Assembly: GCA_013239625.1 (NCBI GenBank)
Contig: MU053561.1
Coordinates: forward strand, 684,826 to 748,825
From: Lama guanicoe
Taxonomy: Eukaryota
Direction of reading: 5' to 3'
Length of the DNA stretch: 64,000 nucleotides
In this document: positions 24,507 to 36,962 of the stretch, piece by piece
Numbering within the stretch: position 1 is the stretch's first letter
Layout: each line of letters starts with the position of its first letter
Made by a program: the position numbers and the translations under genes
The notes under the pieces: generated by a model
Databases searched by the model: none
What the model was told of the DNA's origin: nothing
What the model saw: only the letters and a program-made list of their open reading frames with translations

Positions 24507-27268
24507 AAAAGGCATAAAATATCAAATGGCTGTGAGAGGGAGCAAAGGATGAATGTCTTGAAATCTTCGACCCCACAATGTAGGTTAGAAACCCCGGGGA
24601 AGACTGCAGGCTCTCCAAACTCATGGGGCCTGATCTGAATTCAGAACTGTGACCCTCCTCAGCTACTGACTTAAGGCAAAGGGTGGGCAGACTCTGGGGT
24701 AGGTTTCTGTGGACTCCAGATGGCCATGTGTAGAACACGCAGAAATCATCTATTTTAGAATTTATAAATATTCATGGATTTGTCGATTGATTTTTACCAG
24801 AGAGAGAGGCCTGTAAAGCCTGCAGAAAAACAACAAACATTTCGGATACTGTGATCAGCTAAAAATGTCCTTGGGGGAAAACTAGGCACTATGTAAATCC
24901 TGTTTTATGATCACCTGGTAAAAGCATAGATATTTTTGTGGTACTTTTGGGACTCTGGGGCAGGTGAACAAATGGGGAAAGATGATCACAAGGTTGAGTT
25001 TCTTGCACAGGGTCACATCACCGTCGTCTGGCTAACCCAAGTCAGCCTCACTTAAAAACCCATTCTACTCTATGACTTTGCTCTTCGAGGGGGAAGCTTG
25101 GTGTCCTGGAAAGCTGGGCTCAAAAGGTGGCCCTGGGACACTCCTCACAGCCAGACTCATGATGACTCTCCCAGGCCGCCCTCCCATGTGTCTGTGGCCT
25201 CAAATCACACATGAGGCCATTCCCGTGACTGCTCTCTGGCCCCCAGATCTTTTACCATTCTTGCTGGGAGGCTAAGGCAGAGTTTCTGAATATCCAAGAA
25301 CTTGCCAGAAATGAGTGTGCCTTGACACTTTCTCTTGGCTCTCTGCCTTTTTGGACTGTACGTGCCATGGTTCAGGAGGGATAGGCTGGACAAAGATGCG
25401 AGGGTCGCTGTGTTCAAACAACTCACACAAGTCAAAGAAGAGGCAGCCTCTCAACCTTCTGTGTGTCCAGGTGGACAGTGGGGTCTGCAGAGGAGTGGAG
25501 GCACAAGAAGGAACACGGACAGTCACCACAGCTCCAGTTCTGCTCAGGCTAGCATAACGCACACTCTTGAGGGCCTGCTTGGTGACAAGCCCATATGGAA
25601 TGTTGACTGTTGGGAGATTTGGGAGGGGTCAAAAGGATCCCCCCTGCAGCAGGAACCCATGGGGACTGAAATTCAGCCTGTGCTCCAATCCCAAAACCAT
25701 GTGCCCCACAAGATGCTGGGCCCTGTGGGGATGGGGCTCTTCTCTAATATGCACCAGCGGGGCACTGGGGGCTGGTGCAGGCCCTACCTGTGGGTGAGCA
25801 TTTAGTGAGGTCGGGTAAAGGATCAACACCCTAGCTGGGTGACGTGGGGTGGGCTGTGGACTGGTCTTGTGCAAACCTACTTCATCTCATAGCTTGTACA
25901 GCTGTGGCTTTACCTGCTTCAGTCACTTCTTCTTTTCATCGAACACCTATACAAAGACATCCAGTGGAATGTTTACCCATAAAATGTTTTTTTTTCTTTT
26001 CCCGAGAACAAAGCAGGAAATGAAAAAGAGGAAAGATGAGTGACAAGAATAAAGCATACCATCAATTTAGACATTCGGGGAAAAAATTATTGCAAACACA
26101 ATTTAGAGGTGGTCCCTTTCTACATATCAGGGCAGAACAGGGTTCTAGGAAAGAATCACCAACAAGTATTTCTTGACAATTGTGGGCTGAGTATTAAGTC
26201 TTTATTCTAACTGAAGACAGGACAATTAGTGATAGAAGCACTGGGATTCATCAAAATTGTAGAACTTTTTTCACCAACTTGGGGTCTAAAGGAAGTTGGA
26301 TCTTTTATTTTTCAAGCCCCTCCCGATCTACCCTGTAAATAGTAAAATCCAATATTCTGTTCTTTGTCCCCATCCTCACCCTGAATTGTCCGAGAATGCT
26401 GAAGACTTACAGCTTCAAGATACAGACCTAGACTTTGATCACTTGACTTACTGCTGTTCATCTTGTTGCCCTTGATGATGCTTTTGAACACGGATTCTCT
26501 GAGCTTAGAAGTTACCTTGGGTTAGGCTAGAGGTGTTCCCCCATGTGCCTGTCCTGGTTATAGAGATTTTAGGTTCCCATTCCCGTGTTCAGCCATCTTT
26601 CCCCCAAACTCAGTCATTGTGCCAAGCAGGGGATCCTGGAGAAGATTCTATCATCCGCCACACCATGCCGAGGCAACACCAAACCTCCTCGGTAGTTCTT
26701 TTGGCTGTTGTATTGAGCTGGGGTTATGAGCCCAGGCTTCTCTTTTCCTTAAGTTAATTTTATTTCTGTGGCCTAGTTGTCCCTTTCTGTCCCTGAGCCT
26801 TGGTTGGGGGCACTCCAGTCCCCCTCTCAGGTCTTCTTTTTCAAATCTTGGGAAGCAGGAGCTGGCAGCCTTAGCAGCTTCTCTCCCAGAAGGTTCTTGA
26901 GCTCTTTTTACAAACAGATGCAACTCCACTTTGGGGACTGGCTTTGCATGCCAGAGGGTGAAAGGACTTGCAACCTTGCCCTAGGAACAGAAAGTTCTCT
27001 TATCTCCCAAGGTAAGAACAAGGCAGGCCTCAGGCTCACATAACCAAGAAAGACCTTCAAATTACTTTTTTCCTCAGAAAAACTAAATTCTCTAGATAAC
27101 CCGGTGTGTCTACTTCTGGATAGAAGAGAAAGTAAAATTCATCTCTGCCTTAAGAGAAGCCCTGCTGCATATATAATAACTAATATAATAACACATACTA
27201 CTATACCATAATGTATACAATATGATAACACATAGTATTGTATTAGTATATGTAGCAAGGCTTCTCTC

Positions 27269-27371
27269 TTTTTTTTAAACTTCATTTTTTTTAATGGAGG
27301 TACTAGGGATTGAACCCAGGATCTCATGCATGCTAAGCACATGCTCTACCACTGAGCTATACCCTCCCCCC
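27269..27371 (-). mobile_element. tRNA-Ala-derived SINE (camelid vic-1-like)
   Basis: Minus strand GGGGGAGGGTATAGCTCAGTGGTAGAGCATGTGCTTAGCATGCATGAGATCCTGGGTTCAATCCCTAGTACCTCC plus A-rich tail; A and B boxes, AGC at the anticodon position. Confidence 0.85.
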
Positions 27372-27689
27372 AATCCAGGGCTTTTCTTAAGAAGATAATG
27401 GGGGTGACAGAGCAGTTGAATGATGGTACAATCCATATCATGGGCTCCCAGCCTCATCTCCCTGCTCACCTCCTGTGGCCCAGTCACACCATCCTTCCTG
27501 CCCCTTTTCCTAGCCTCCTCCTAGTAATGTCACCTTTCAGAGCTGCGTTGGAAATAAACTACCTAAAATAATCATTGCCCCACCATATTCAGTGTGTGTT
27601 ATCATTCACATTTCACAGATGAGGGCGCAGATCCAAGGGAATTAAGTCACTTGCTTAATATGCCTCCATCTAATGTGTAATAGCCAGAA

Positions 27690-28560
27690 CTCCCACGCAG
27701 CGCTGAGCTCTTAAGTTCCTCGCGCCAGATGCGATCGTGAGAGGCTCCCGCCGGTGTAAGCACCAGCGCGCCCCGTGGCTGCCGCCAGCCCCCATCCCAG
27801 GATCGCGCTCAAGGTGCACAGGGACCGCGGTCTCAGGGGCACCCAGCGAAATCAAGCCTGGGCTCAGGCGGTTGGGGACACCCTCACCCGGCTCCGGCTG
27901 CCAGCCACGGGAGAGAAGGAGCTGGCAAGAGCCCAGAGAGGATCCCCCGCAAGAAATATATCGCGTGCTGACATTTTTATGACCCGGGCCCGCTTACAAA
28001 ACACAGGCCGGAGCACAGCTCTGCTTTCCCTGCCCAGCTTGAGATCACATGCTGGCCCCGCGGCTGCCACTTGGAGTCAGGAAAGCCTATATATTTCCCT
28101 CCTTAGATAGGCCTAGTGGGTCTCGTCAGGTGCAGAAAGCCAATAAATCACCAGCGAGGTCTCCGCGTATCTATCAGTCAGGAGGCTTGTCATCTTCCCC
28201 TCCTTGATCCACATGAAAGCCGCCAGCCGGCGGGGCGGGGCGCGGGGCGGGGCGCGCCGGGCCGTGGACGCACCCAGCGGATTCGCAGCTCTGAGGGGCC
28301 GCGCAGATTTACACCTCCTCCCCCTCCGCACGCGCTTCCTTTGGCTTTGAAGTTCCGCGGTCCCGGGTTGGGGGTGGGGGGGCCCGTCCCTCAGCCCGGG
28401 GTTTTACTATTCCTGTCACGTCCTCTGTGCAGCTACTTGGGGAGGAATGGAAACTGTCAAGAACGTTCTGGGCCACCTCCCCGTGAGGCCGGGGTGAAGG
28501 GGGCGTTGCACACTACACCGCCCTGTCTGGACATCCTGCCCCACCGAGTGGCCGAAGACA
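27690..28560. promoter_or_regulatory. CpG island / probable promoter
   Basis: Strong local CpG and GC enrichment relative to the rest of the window; GGGGCGGGG boxes at 28232-28240 and 28244-28252; TATA-like cctatatattt at 28086-28096. Confidence 0.8.
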
Positions 28561-29410
28561 CACTGAAACAGGAGTGAGGGGCCCGGGTACCAGGCCCTCT
28601 AGTAGAGGGTCCTCTTAGGGAAATCCCTTTCCCATGTTCAGAATCTTCCAGAAAGCTGTGTAGCGACTGTGTAATCCGTTGGACCTTGATTAAAATCCCC
28701 CGTCACTTTCCTTGCTGAGACCTACTTCCTTTCACTTTCCTGGGGTGTGAGTGGGAATGCAAACACCTACCTCATGGAGTCAGGGTGGGAGTTCAATGAG
28801 GCGATAGATGCAGATTGCTGAGCCTGCATCCACGCGTAGTAGGTCATGAAAGGTGATAGCTGCATTTTTATTATTTTCCTCGCCTAGAAGATGTTGGCCT
28901 TGGATTGGATGCACATTAAGGCCGCTTCTAGCAATAAGCTGTACACTTGCGCCGCTCAGGCAACGGGGCCTTGTGCTGCTGACATTCCCAACCTGCCAGG
29001 AGCCAGCTCAGGCCCTGGGACGCATGTTCTCATGCTCAAGTTTACCATGAGGGTCCCAAGGCCTTAGGTCCGGGGAGCCTGACTGCGTTTGATGAATGCC
29101 TTACCAGGGAGGCACTTGGAAGGCTCCCTATGTCCTCATCACATCCGGATGAGGGGCACCACAGGGTACTCTCTCCCGCTGAGAGCCTGAGTCTTGGAGG
29201 TTAACAAGGAACTGCTCTTGGCCACATGTCACCTGTATATCGCAGACTGGAACCCAGTGGCCTTTTCCTTCCTACCGCCATGCCCACACGTTCAGGGACC
29301 ACGTTCACCAGGTGGAGGAGTGAAAGCAGTTTTTGATCATCTCCCATGTGAAAACCACGGAGAACCAGGCCTCAGTTTTTTCAATTGCAAATTTGAAAGG
29401 GCAGGAATAT

Positions 29411-29607
29411 CAGTGTTTTTCAATAGGGGTTGGGGTTGGGGTTAGGTTTAGGGTTAGGGTTAGGGTTGGCATCTGGGGCCAGGACTGTTCTGCACTTAGA
29501 GAATGTTTAGCACCCTGGGCTGAATGTTCCATGCCAGCTGAACCTCCAGGTGTTGGGACAATAAAATGCCTTCATGTTTCCAAACACCCTACACTGAGAA
29601 CCACTGG
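29411..29607. mobile_element. MER20-like hAT-Charlie element
   Basis: TIR-like ends cagtgtttttcaa / ctgagaaccactg; internal gaatgtttagca motif. Confidence 0.7.
29424..29465 (+). repeat. Interstitial telomere-like hexamer tract
   Basis: TAGGGG TTGGGG TTGGGG TTAGGT TTAGGG TTAGGG TTAGGG. Confidence 0.9.
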
Positions 29608-30410
29608 ATAATTCAATTTCCCTTCTAGTCCTAATACTGTATCCATTTAGGAGTCCTGCTTCGGGCACTAACAAGTTACTCCCCTGCGACTTTGGCCAAA
29701 CTGGTCAGTTTTAAAGAAACCTGTATTATGGGAACAATCTGACTTGCCCTGTACTGTCTATGTATATCACAGTGCTCTTGTGAGGACATGATTTAAAAAA
29801 AAAAAAAGATGTGTATACAAGCGGTCTCTGAAGGTAAGGTACTATTATTATTATGAGAAAATAATGATAATTAGTGCCTTATTAATAGGTTCCAGGCAAT
29901 GCATGTGCCTCCATTTAATTCTAAAAGGAATCTGAGGTAGGTTTTAGTATTTTCACTTTACATATGAAGAAAACAGATTAAAAGGGTAAGTGATCTGCCC
30001 AAGGCCGTGCAGCTAGAATTTGAAGCCAGACTGTGTAACACACAACTCATGCACTGAATAATGTCCTTGCTACCAGTTCATGTGGGTCAGAAAGGGCTTG
30101 TCCCCAAATCAGCACATCCTCTGTCCATGAGCAGTTACATAGAAGCCAGATTATTAGATGGCTGCTTTGAGAACAAGGAGCGCTAGAGACCTTAAGACGG
30201 TCTCTCTTGTCAGTCACTCTGATCTACTGCCTCCCTTACTGTGACTCATCATTCTTTGTCTCTTGTGCCTCCCTTGCCTCCTCTGTGAGAATGAAGCCTC
30301 CTTAAAGTCAATTTAATCTTTTGTATATCCCATCCCTTCCCCACAGCTCTGTTCCTGCCTTCCTACTGGACACACACACCACACACACACAAACACACAA
30401 ACACACAAAC

Positions 30411-30601
30411 CTCAGTTGCTAGATTTACCAAATCAAAATACGATGCCCGGTTAAATTTGCATTTCATATAAACAATTTCTTTTTAAAAAATATAAATATG
30501 TCCCCAAAACTGTATAGGTCATATCAATACTAAAAAATTATTCATTGTTTTTAGGAAATTGAACTATAATTAGATGTCCTCTATTTAATCTGATAACTCT
30601 A
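30411..30601. mobile_element. MER53 palindromic hAT MITE
   Basis: gttgctagatttacc...ttaaatttgcatttca...tatgtccc...tactaaaaaattattc...atctgataactcta follows the recalled MER53 consensus. Confidence 0.85.
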
Positions 30602-32189
30602 ACCAGAACCCTTCATATTCCAATGTTTCCCAGCCTTCAAGTCCATCAGCACAGAGGGGTAGAGAGGAGCAGGGCTCTGTATGAGATATGGGAAGATACC
30701 CCAGTCTCTTTGTCTCAAGGGCATTCTCGGTCTAGCTGAAAACAGAGAAATCACAAAATGCAGCTGTAGAATGGAGGAGAGACCCTGTATCTCTGGAGCC
30801 TAGTAAAATGCCTGACCCAGTGAGCGCGGTAAAATGCTTGTGAATCATTAAATGACTTAATTAGTGAAGCTCTTTCCTTTCCCACAGGCTTCATGCACTC
30901 CACCGATGGCCTCATACAAATTGTTCTACCAATTCAATGCTGATTTTAGCCCCGCTGTTACATACACTTGCCAGTCCAAACAGATTATAAACATTTGTAA
31001 TTTTCCACAGTGGCTGTTTCAGGGTCAGGCATAAATATTTGTTGAATGACTGAATAAGCTTCCCAGAGACCTAGTAGAGGATGTAGCTCACTGTAAGTGG
31101 TAAAAGGTCTCAGTTAAAAATTTGGGGATCTGGTTTCCAGTCTCTACTTTTCTAAGCTGTGCAAGTTACCATAGCTCACTGGGTCTTAGTATCTTTGCCT
31201 ATAAAATGTGGAGATGGGTCCGGGTGATCTCCTAGTCATGTATGTCTTTAAAGGGCAACGAATTATAAATAATCTTACCAGCAGTGATGTGAACATGTTA
31301 GTGGTGATGGCTAACATTCACTAACTAAGGGCTGTGAATGAATGTTTTCATTTGATCCCCACCAAAACCAATTATTGGATGACTACTACTATTAGCCCTG
31401 TTTTATAGGTGATAAAATTAAAGCACACGTAAGTTAAATGCCTTTCTCAAGATGAATCAGTAGTAAGTGACCCAGCTGGGTATGGACTCAGTAAACCTGA
31501 TTCTAATCCTGGCTTCTCCAACAGATGGGCTCTGAAGTCCCCAGCTTTCTCCAAGTCTTTAAGCTCATTAACACAAAGTCCTCCAGGGACCTAGGATGTC
31601 TAACCCTGTACTGCTGCTGGCAGGTTTCAGAGGTTGCGTGAGCATGGCAGAGTGGGGGGAGCCTGGACCCTGAACCACAAAACCTGAAGGTGAGCCCCAG
31701 CTCCGTGGTGCGCCAGCCATGGGAACCTGGGCTCCCACACTCAGAGAGACTCAGTATTCTTCTCTCTAAAATGGTAACAATCCCGGTCATGCCTGTGCCT
31801 CCAACCACGGCACTGTTCTGAGGATCAAAAGAACGAGAGGATGTGAGAGTGCTTTGTGAATTGTAAAGTGCCGTACAAATATGAGTTGTTATTATTTCCA
31901 GCTGGGGTTGTCTGGGACTACTTCAATAAGGGCATTATAAATGATTGATAAGACTTTATGCGGTATTTGTGCTTTAAGGGGGAACAAGTCTTAAGTCAAA
32001 TGGCTGAAGCTCTGGTATGGAATGCCGGTTGTAGCATCTACACAGGGGGATTTGGGTAAGTGAATAGGGGGCAGGGTGTGTGGTTTGGGCCCAAATCCAA
32101 AATACCAGTCGGCTTAACTTAGATTCCAAGGTTAGGAATTGCTATTAAGTGTTGATTATTATTTAGTTATTGAACAGGTCAAAGAAAGC

Positions 32190-32440
32190 ATCAATATTAG
32201 CAAATATTAATTTGAGTGCTTACCTTGTATCAGACATTATTCCAAGTATTTTATATGTGCATGTATTTAACTCTTAAAACAGTCCAGTGAGGTGAATATC
32301 TCTATGGGGATTACGACTATCTCCATTTTTCAAATGAGGAAAATAAGGCTCAGAGGAGTTACAAAGCTTTTCTAGGGTCACACAGCTAGTAAATGGTAGA
32401 GCTTGGATTTGAACCCAGTCTTTCTGACCCCAAAGCCAGA
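32190..32440 (-). mobile_element. MIR SINE
   Basis: ttgagtgcttacc...ccatttttcaaatgaggaaaataaggctcagag...ggtcacacagctagtaaatggtagagcttggatttgaacccagtc. Confidence 0.85.
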
Positions 32441-32849
32441 AAGAACAAGGAAGGCATGGAAAGAGGGAAGGAAAAAGAAAAGGAAAGGAAAGAAGGAAGA
32501 AAGGAAGAAAAGAAGGAAATATATATATATATGCTGAGTACTACTCAGGTATATTATTCGAAGACCTTACTACACAGAGATCTAGAACCCAGTAATTTTC
32601 AAATGAAGCATGTCCTGAGAAAGTCAAAGAAAGCTCTTTGGGCTTATCTTTGCCATAAGGTAGAGCGTGTTCATTTTCACATCTATGGGCCTCAAGGGAG
32701 CCACTACCATTGTGAAAAACTATGAGCTGGTTGCTGTGGAAACACAGAGAGGGGTGGAGGCGGGGGTTGAGGAGGGCCACTGGCAGGAGTGATGTCTGGG
32801 CCAGTCTAAGAGAATTCATAGGACCCCGGCAGGGACAGAGCTGCAGGAG

Positions 32850-33830
32850 GAGGCATGACACCACACAATGTGGGTGGAGCTACAAGTAATTTGCTAGTAT
32901 CACAGTGCAGAAGACAATGTGGAAGAGGCGAGGTATGAGGCTAAAAGTGCAAGTAGGATCTAGGCCATGTGTGCCAGGAAGCCTCTCTGACAAGCCATGA
33001 AGCTGGATTTTCATTCTGTAAATGATGGAGAGCCCTACAAGTTTTTAAGCAGAATTAGATTTATAATTTAGGTATTCACTCTGACTAGAGTAGGGAGGCT
33101 GGATTTGATGGGTAGACGGCAGGGCAGGAGATAGGAGGTGTTCAAGATTCCATTCCACTACTCCAGACAAGAGATTATGAGCACTCTCACTAGGGAAGTC
33201 ACAACAGAGCTGATGAAGGGACTGGAGAGATATTCAGGAGGTATTTTGAGAAGCATTTAGTGATCGGATTGAAGAGGAGTGGCCAGCACTGCAGATGTCT
33301 TGGTTGATATGTATGTTTCTTTTTTTAAAAAAACATTTTGTTTTTTACTGAGGTGTAGTTGACTTAACAGTGCTAGTTTCAGGTACAGTAAAGCAATTCA
33401 GTTATATATACACATGCTTTTATTTTTCAGATTCTTTTCTATTATAGATTATTTCAAGAAATTGAATATAGTTCCCTGTGCTATATAATAGGTCCTTGTT
33501 GTTTATTTCATATACAGTCATATGTATCTGTTAATCCTAAACTCCTAATTTATCCCTCCCTCACTTTTTCCACTTTGGTAACCATACTTTGTTTTCTATG
33601 ACCGTGAGTCTATTTTTGGTTTCTAAGTAAGATTTCAGTCCTATGTTTCTCAACTCGATGACTGGTGAGATTGTGGAGCTACTAACAGAGGTTTGGATGC
33701 TGGAAGAAGAGCAGTTCTGAAAATGGATTTGTCCAGATGCAGACTGGAAAGAATAAATATGAAACACTGGGAGCAGTCTGGGGTATGTGGACATTAGGCT
33801 AGATGCTAGACTTGGAAGTCAGGACAGAAC
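32850..33830 (-). mobile_element. L2 LINE fragment (interrupted by L1)
   Basis: ggattttcattctgtaaatgatggagagcc...tttttaagcag...ccagacaagagattatga...ggagcagtctgggg, antisense L2 pattern. Confidence 0.7.
33320..33620 (-). mobile_element. 5'-truncated L1 3' end
   Basis: Poly(T)...ttgaatatagttccctgtgctata...ctttggtaaccat...gtgagtctattt. Confidence 0.9.
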
Positions 33831-34172
33831 AGATTACACTGCAGTAACAAAGAATCCCTAAATCTCAGGGAAATAAGTTTCTCATTCACACTACACATCA
33901 AACATGTCACCCAGGGACCCAAACTGACAAGGTGGCATCATCTTGTAGCTTCAGCATTTAGAACACATGTCCTCCTCAGTCAACTTGGCAAGAGAAAAGA
34001 AACTCAAGAATCACACATGGCCTTTTACCCCCTGAGCTGGACGTGACCTACATCGTATCTGTTCACATTTCATTGCCAGAGTTGGTTTCATGGCCCCCTC
34101 TGTGACTGCAGGGGCAGGGAAAGGTAGAGAAGCACATATTATTTGTGGTGAGCATTACTGTGTCTGCTACAT
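33830..34172 (-). mobile_element. MaLR (MLT1-type) LTR
   Basis: ctgcagtaacaaagaatccctaaatctcag...acccagggaccca...ggtgagcattactgtgtctgctaca. Confidence 0.7.
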
Positions 34173-34183
34173 CAGACATCAGA

Positions 34184-34752
34184 ATGTGTGTGTGGTCAGG
34201 TCATGCACTGCCAGGTGGCTGTTTTCTTGCTCTCTTGTACACCCTCCGCTTGACCTGTGCCTACTTCACCCACACCCCACTCACATGACCAACCTCCCCT
34301 TTAACTGTAGAGTCTAATCAGTAAATACCTACATACTCACTCCCTGGCCCCAGCTACTGATTGTTCTAATCTTTAGATCAGAATGGCTCCCCTTTGAAAG
34401 TTTAACAAAGGGAAGACCTCTGCCCCAGGAAGGTACTAGCCTGGGGAGCTAAGAGGAGCTAAGAGGGTGTGCCCCTCTGCTGGTTTCCCTGGTAACCAAT
34501 GAGCCAATCTGCCATCAGTTCCTCCTATAAACTGGTAGTCTCCCTCTTTCCCCAGGACAGAAGGCTGCCACCATGTCTTGCCCTGCCGTCCACTGTACAC
34601 AGTGGGGTTTCGCTCCAGGTCCTTGCTTCAGACATGTAAGCTCCCCCATCCGTTAAACCACTGATGTCTCTGTTGCTGCCTCTGGGCCCTTCCTTTGATT
34701 TTGAAGCTGGGTGAGTACAGGCCTTGCAGGCCTACAGGGTGCAGTCCAGCAG
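34184..34752 (+). mobile_element. ERVL-class LTR (family uncertain)
   Basis: Two CCAAT boxes, cctataaa, tgtaagctccccc...gttaaacc poly(A)-signal-like region and TG/CA-like ends. Confidence 0.55.
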
Positions 34753-36689
34753 TAGGGGAGGTGAGTTCATCACGAAGAGAAATGGGGATGCACTCGATTA
34801 AGGTGGCGCCCATAGAATGAAAAGAGAGTGGTCAAGGATAAAACCTCCTGGAAGTGACAGATGTAGGAGAGGAGCCCAAGGAGGAGCTGAGAAGTGACAT
34901 TAAAAGAGACGAGAGCTAGGAGTCAATAGTGTCACTCAAAGCAAGGAAGTCCATGGGTCTATAAGGAGGCTCAGGGTGGCCAAAGGGGCCAGAGCAACAG
35001 TGGGATAAAGAATGACGTTTCTACTGCATTTGGCAATCAAGAGGGGTCTGGAGAATATTTCCATATCCATGTTTCTGTGCAGTGAATATTTAATCAGATT
35101 TCTGTTGCAGAAAACATGGTGCCTTTAGAACTGTGTGGGAAAGGGCTGTGTTCCTGAGGCCACAGCCCCAGATGTATTCCACAAGTGATGGTGGCCACTG
35201 AAGGAGTCCATCTTTATCTTACAGTATTATTTATCATGCTTAATACATTTTCAATTGATGACTATCTAACTGGGTAAGGTAAGACCTGTAAAAGCACAAA
35301 CCATGATAACTGAAATGGCCCTTAAGCTGTGTAAACTGTCCAACAAAAAGAGATGTTTACTTATGATTCATTAATACCCTTGTGTGGTGGCGGTATCAGG
35401 ACATGGGAAGTTTGTTATTGGTAACTAAAAATCCTTGGGTTAATTGGGAGTTTACATTTGTGGTTTCCTATCGCCCCAGGAGAAGAGGGTGTCATTGCTT
35501 CCTTTTTGTTTTTTTCTCTTGAGAAAACTGACCTAAAGAATAAATGATTGGTTGGTGGTATTTTGAGGGTACAGCTGTCGAGCACTTCTGGGGAAGAGGA
35601 ACATGGAAGAGGCATTTGTTGAGTACCTGTTACATGCCAGGCAGTTCCCACACGTAATTTCCCTTAATCTTCACAACCACTCAGTACAAGAGGTCTCTCT
35701 TACCCTTATTTTACAGAGGTGGCAAAAGTGAATAGAAAGCCCCAGTTTGCAGACTCCAGGAACTCTGGGTCCCATTTGCTATCAGCTGAGTGGACTCTAA
35801 AAGTGGGCCCCCATTTCTGTTTCTCACACGATGGCTGTGACATCCCCAATTCCCAGCAGCCCAAAGCCGAGAGAAGGCAGATGAAAGGCGTCCGGACCTG
35901 GGGACCAGTGCTCTGTCTTCAGAGGGACTGACTTCCAGCTTTTAGCCACATGCATGGATGGGGCTGTTTCCATCTGCTGACCTGTCAGGCTGCCTCTCGC
36001 TTGGTCTTTTCCCCTCCCTCCTTGGAGTTTCTTCAATAAAACATTTCACTCCCTTGAAAAGCATCTCCCCTGAGTGGCAAGGGGTGGGAGGGTGGGGTGG
36101 GGAGGGCAATATGGTTCCATTTAGTTCTCTGGGGATGAGGAGGCATCCTCCCTGCACATAACTTTCCCAGCAAGTGGTATCTCTGTTTCCTCTCCTTCAA
36201 CAACTGTGGAAACAAGGAGTTCTGGTTAACCTAGTCTCCAAATCCACAGACCTCCTGAGTCCCGTTCTCCACAGTCTCCTTGTCACCCTGAGTCTCCTGG
36301 AGCCTTAGACTCCCGACGCTCAGAAAGACTGAAGGAGAAGGGGGAGTGTGGCACCACCCTCTGGCCGCACATTGAACCTCACCTTCCTTAGCAGCTGCTC
36401 CAGGGACGCGAGAGGCTCTGGCCTTTCTCTCCAGCAGGCTGCTGTCACCTCCCCACAAGACTTCTGGGAGAGGCAGAATCAACTCTGGGGTGAACGGACC
36501 CATCACTAAGTCCACACATAGGGAAGGACAGATCAGACTTTTCAAAGTGTATGGAGGAGAAGTCTGTCTTCTGGCCAGGCTCCCCTTTCGGCATCATCCC
36601 TTCCCTCCTCCAGTGCCTGCGGCTGCATCCTCTCCCTGGATCTATTTTTCTCTTCTGTGGCTGCTCCTTAAGTCCACCAAAGTGCTGAC

Positions 36690-36962
36690 CAGAATCACCT
36701 GGAAGACTTGAAAAAATACAGATTCCTGGGGGCCTATGCCCAGAGTCTCTGGATTTCACTGAAAATTTGCATCTCACTGAATGTCCATTGGTTCTCAATC
36801 TTGGATGCAAATTTGAATCACTGTTTTGACAAAACTGTGTGTGTGTGTTTGTGTGTGTGTGCCTGTGTGTGTGTTGGGAGTGCTTTTGTAGAATTAGCAC
36901 ATTGGTAGTTTTTAAATACCCCCCACCCTGTGATTCTAAGGTGCAATCAGGCTGAGAACCCC
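36690..36962. mobile_element. MER5-like hAT-Charlie fragments with internal (TG)n
   Basis: agaatcacctgg...aaaatacagattcctggg, tggttctcaa, gtgattctaaggtgca...ctgagaaccc. Confidence 0.7.

Noticed and set aside
25335..25805. 156-aa ORF overlapped by several other ORFs
   Set aside because: No recognisable homology and a non-ATG start; several frames are open on both strands because of local GC content.
27295..27371. Possible genuine tRNA-Ala gene (also 59272-59347)
   Set aside because: Extra 5' GGGGGA, imperfect stems and A-rich tails (plus a perfect TSD on the 59.3-kb copy) indicate retroposed SINEs.
27690..28560. Assigning a gene symbol to the CpG-island promoter
   Set aside because: No coding exon or UTR that I actually recognise; needs a BLAST search.
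28116..28577. 153-aa ORF and neighbours within the CpG island
   Set aside because: Arg/Gly/Pro-rich, stop-poor frames are expected in GC-rich islands; no protein family recognised.
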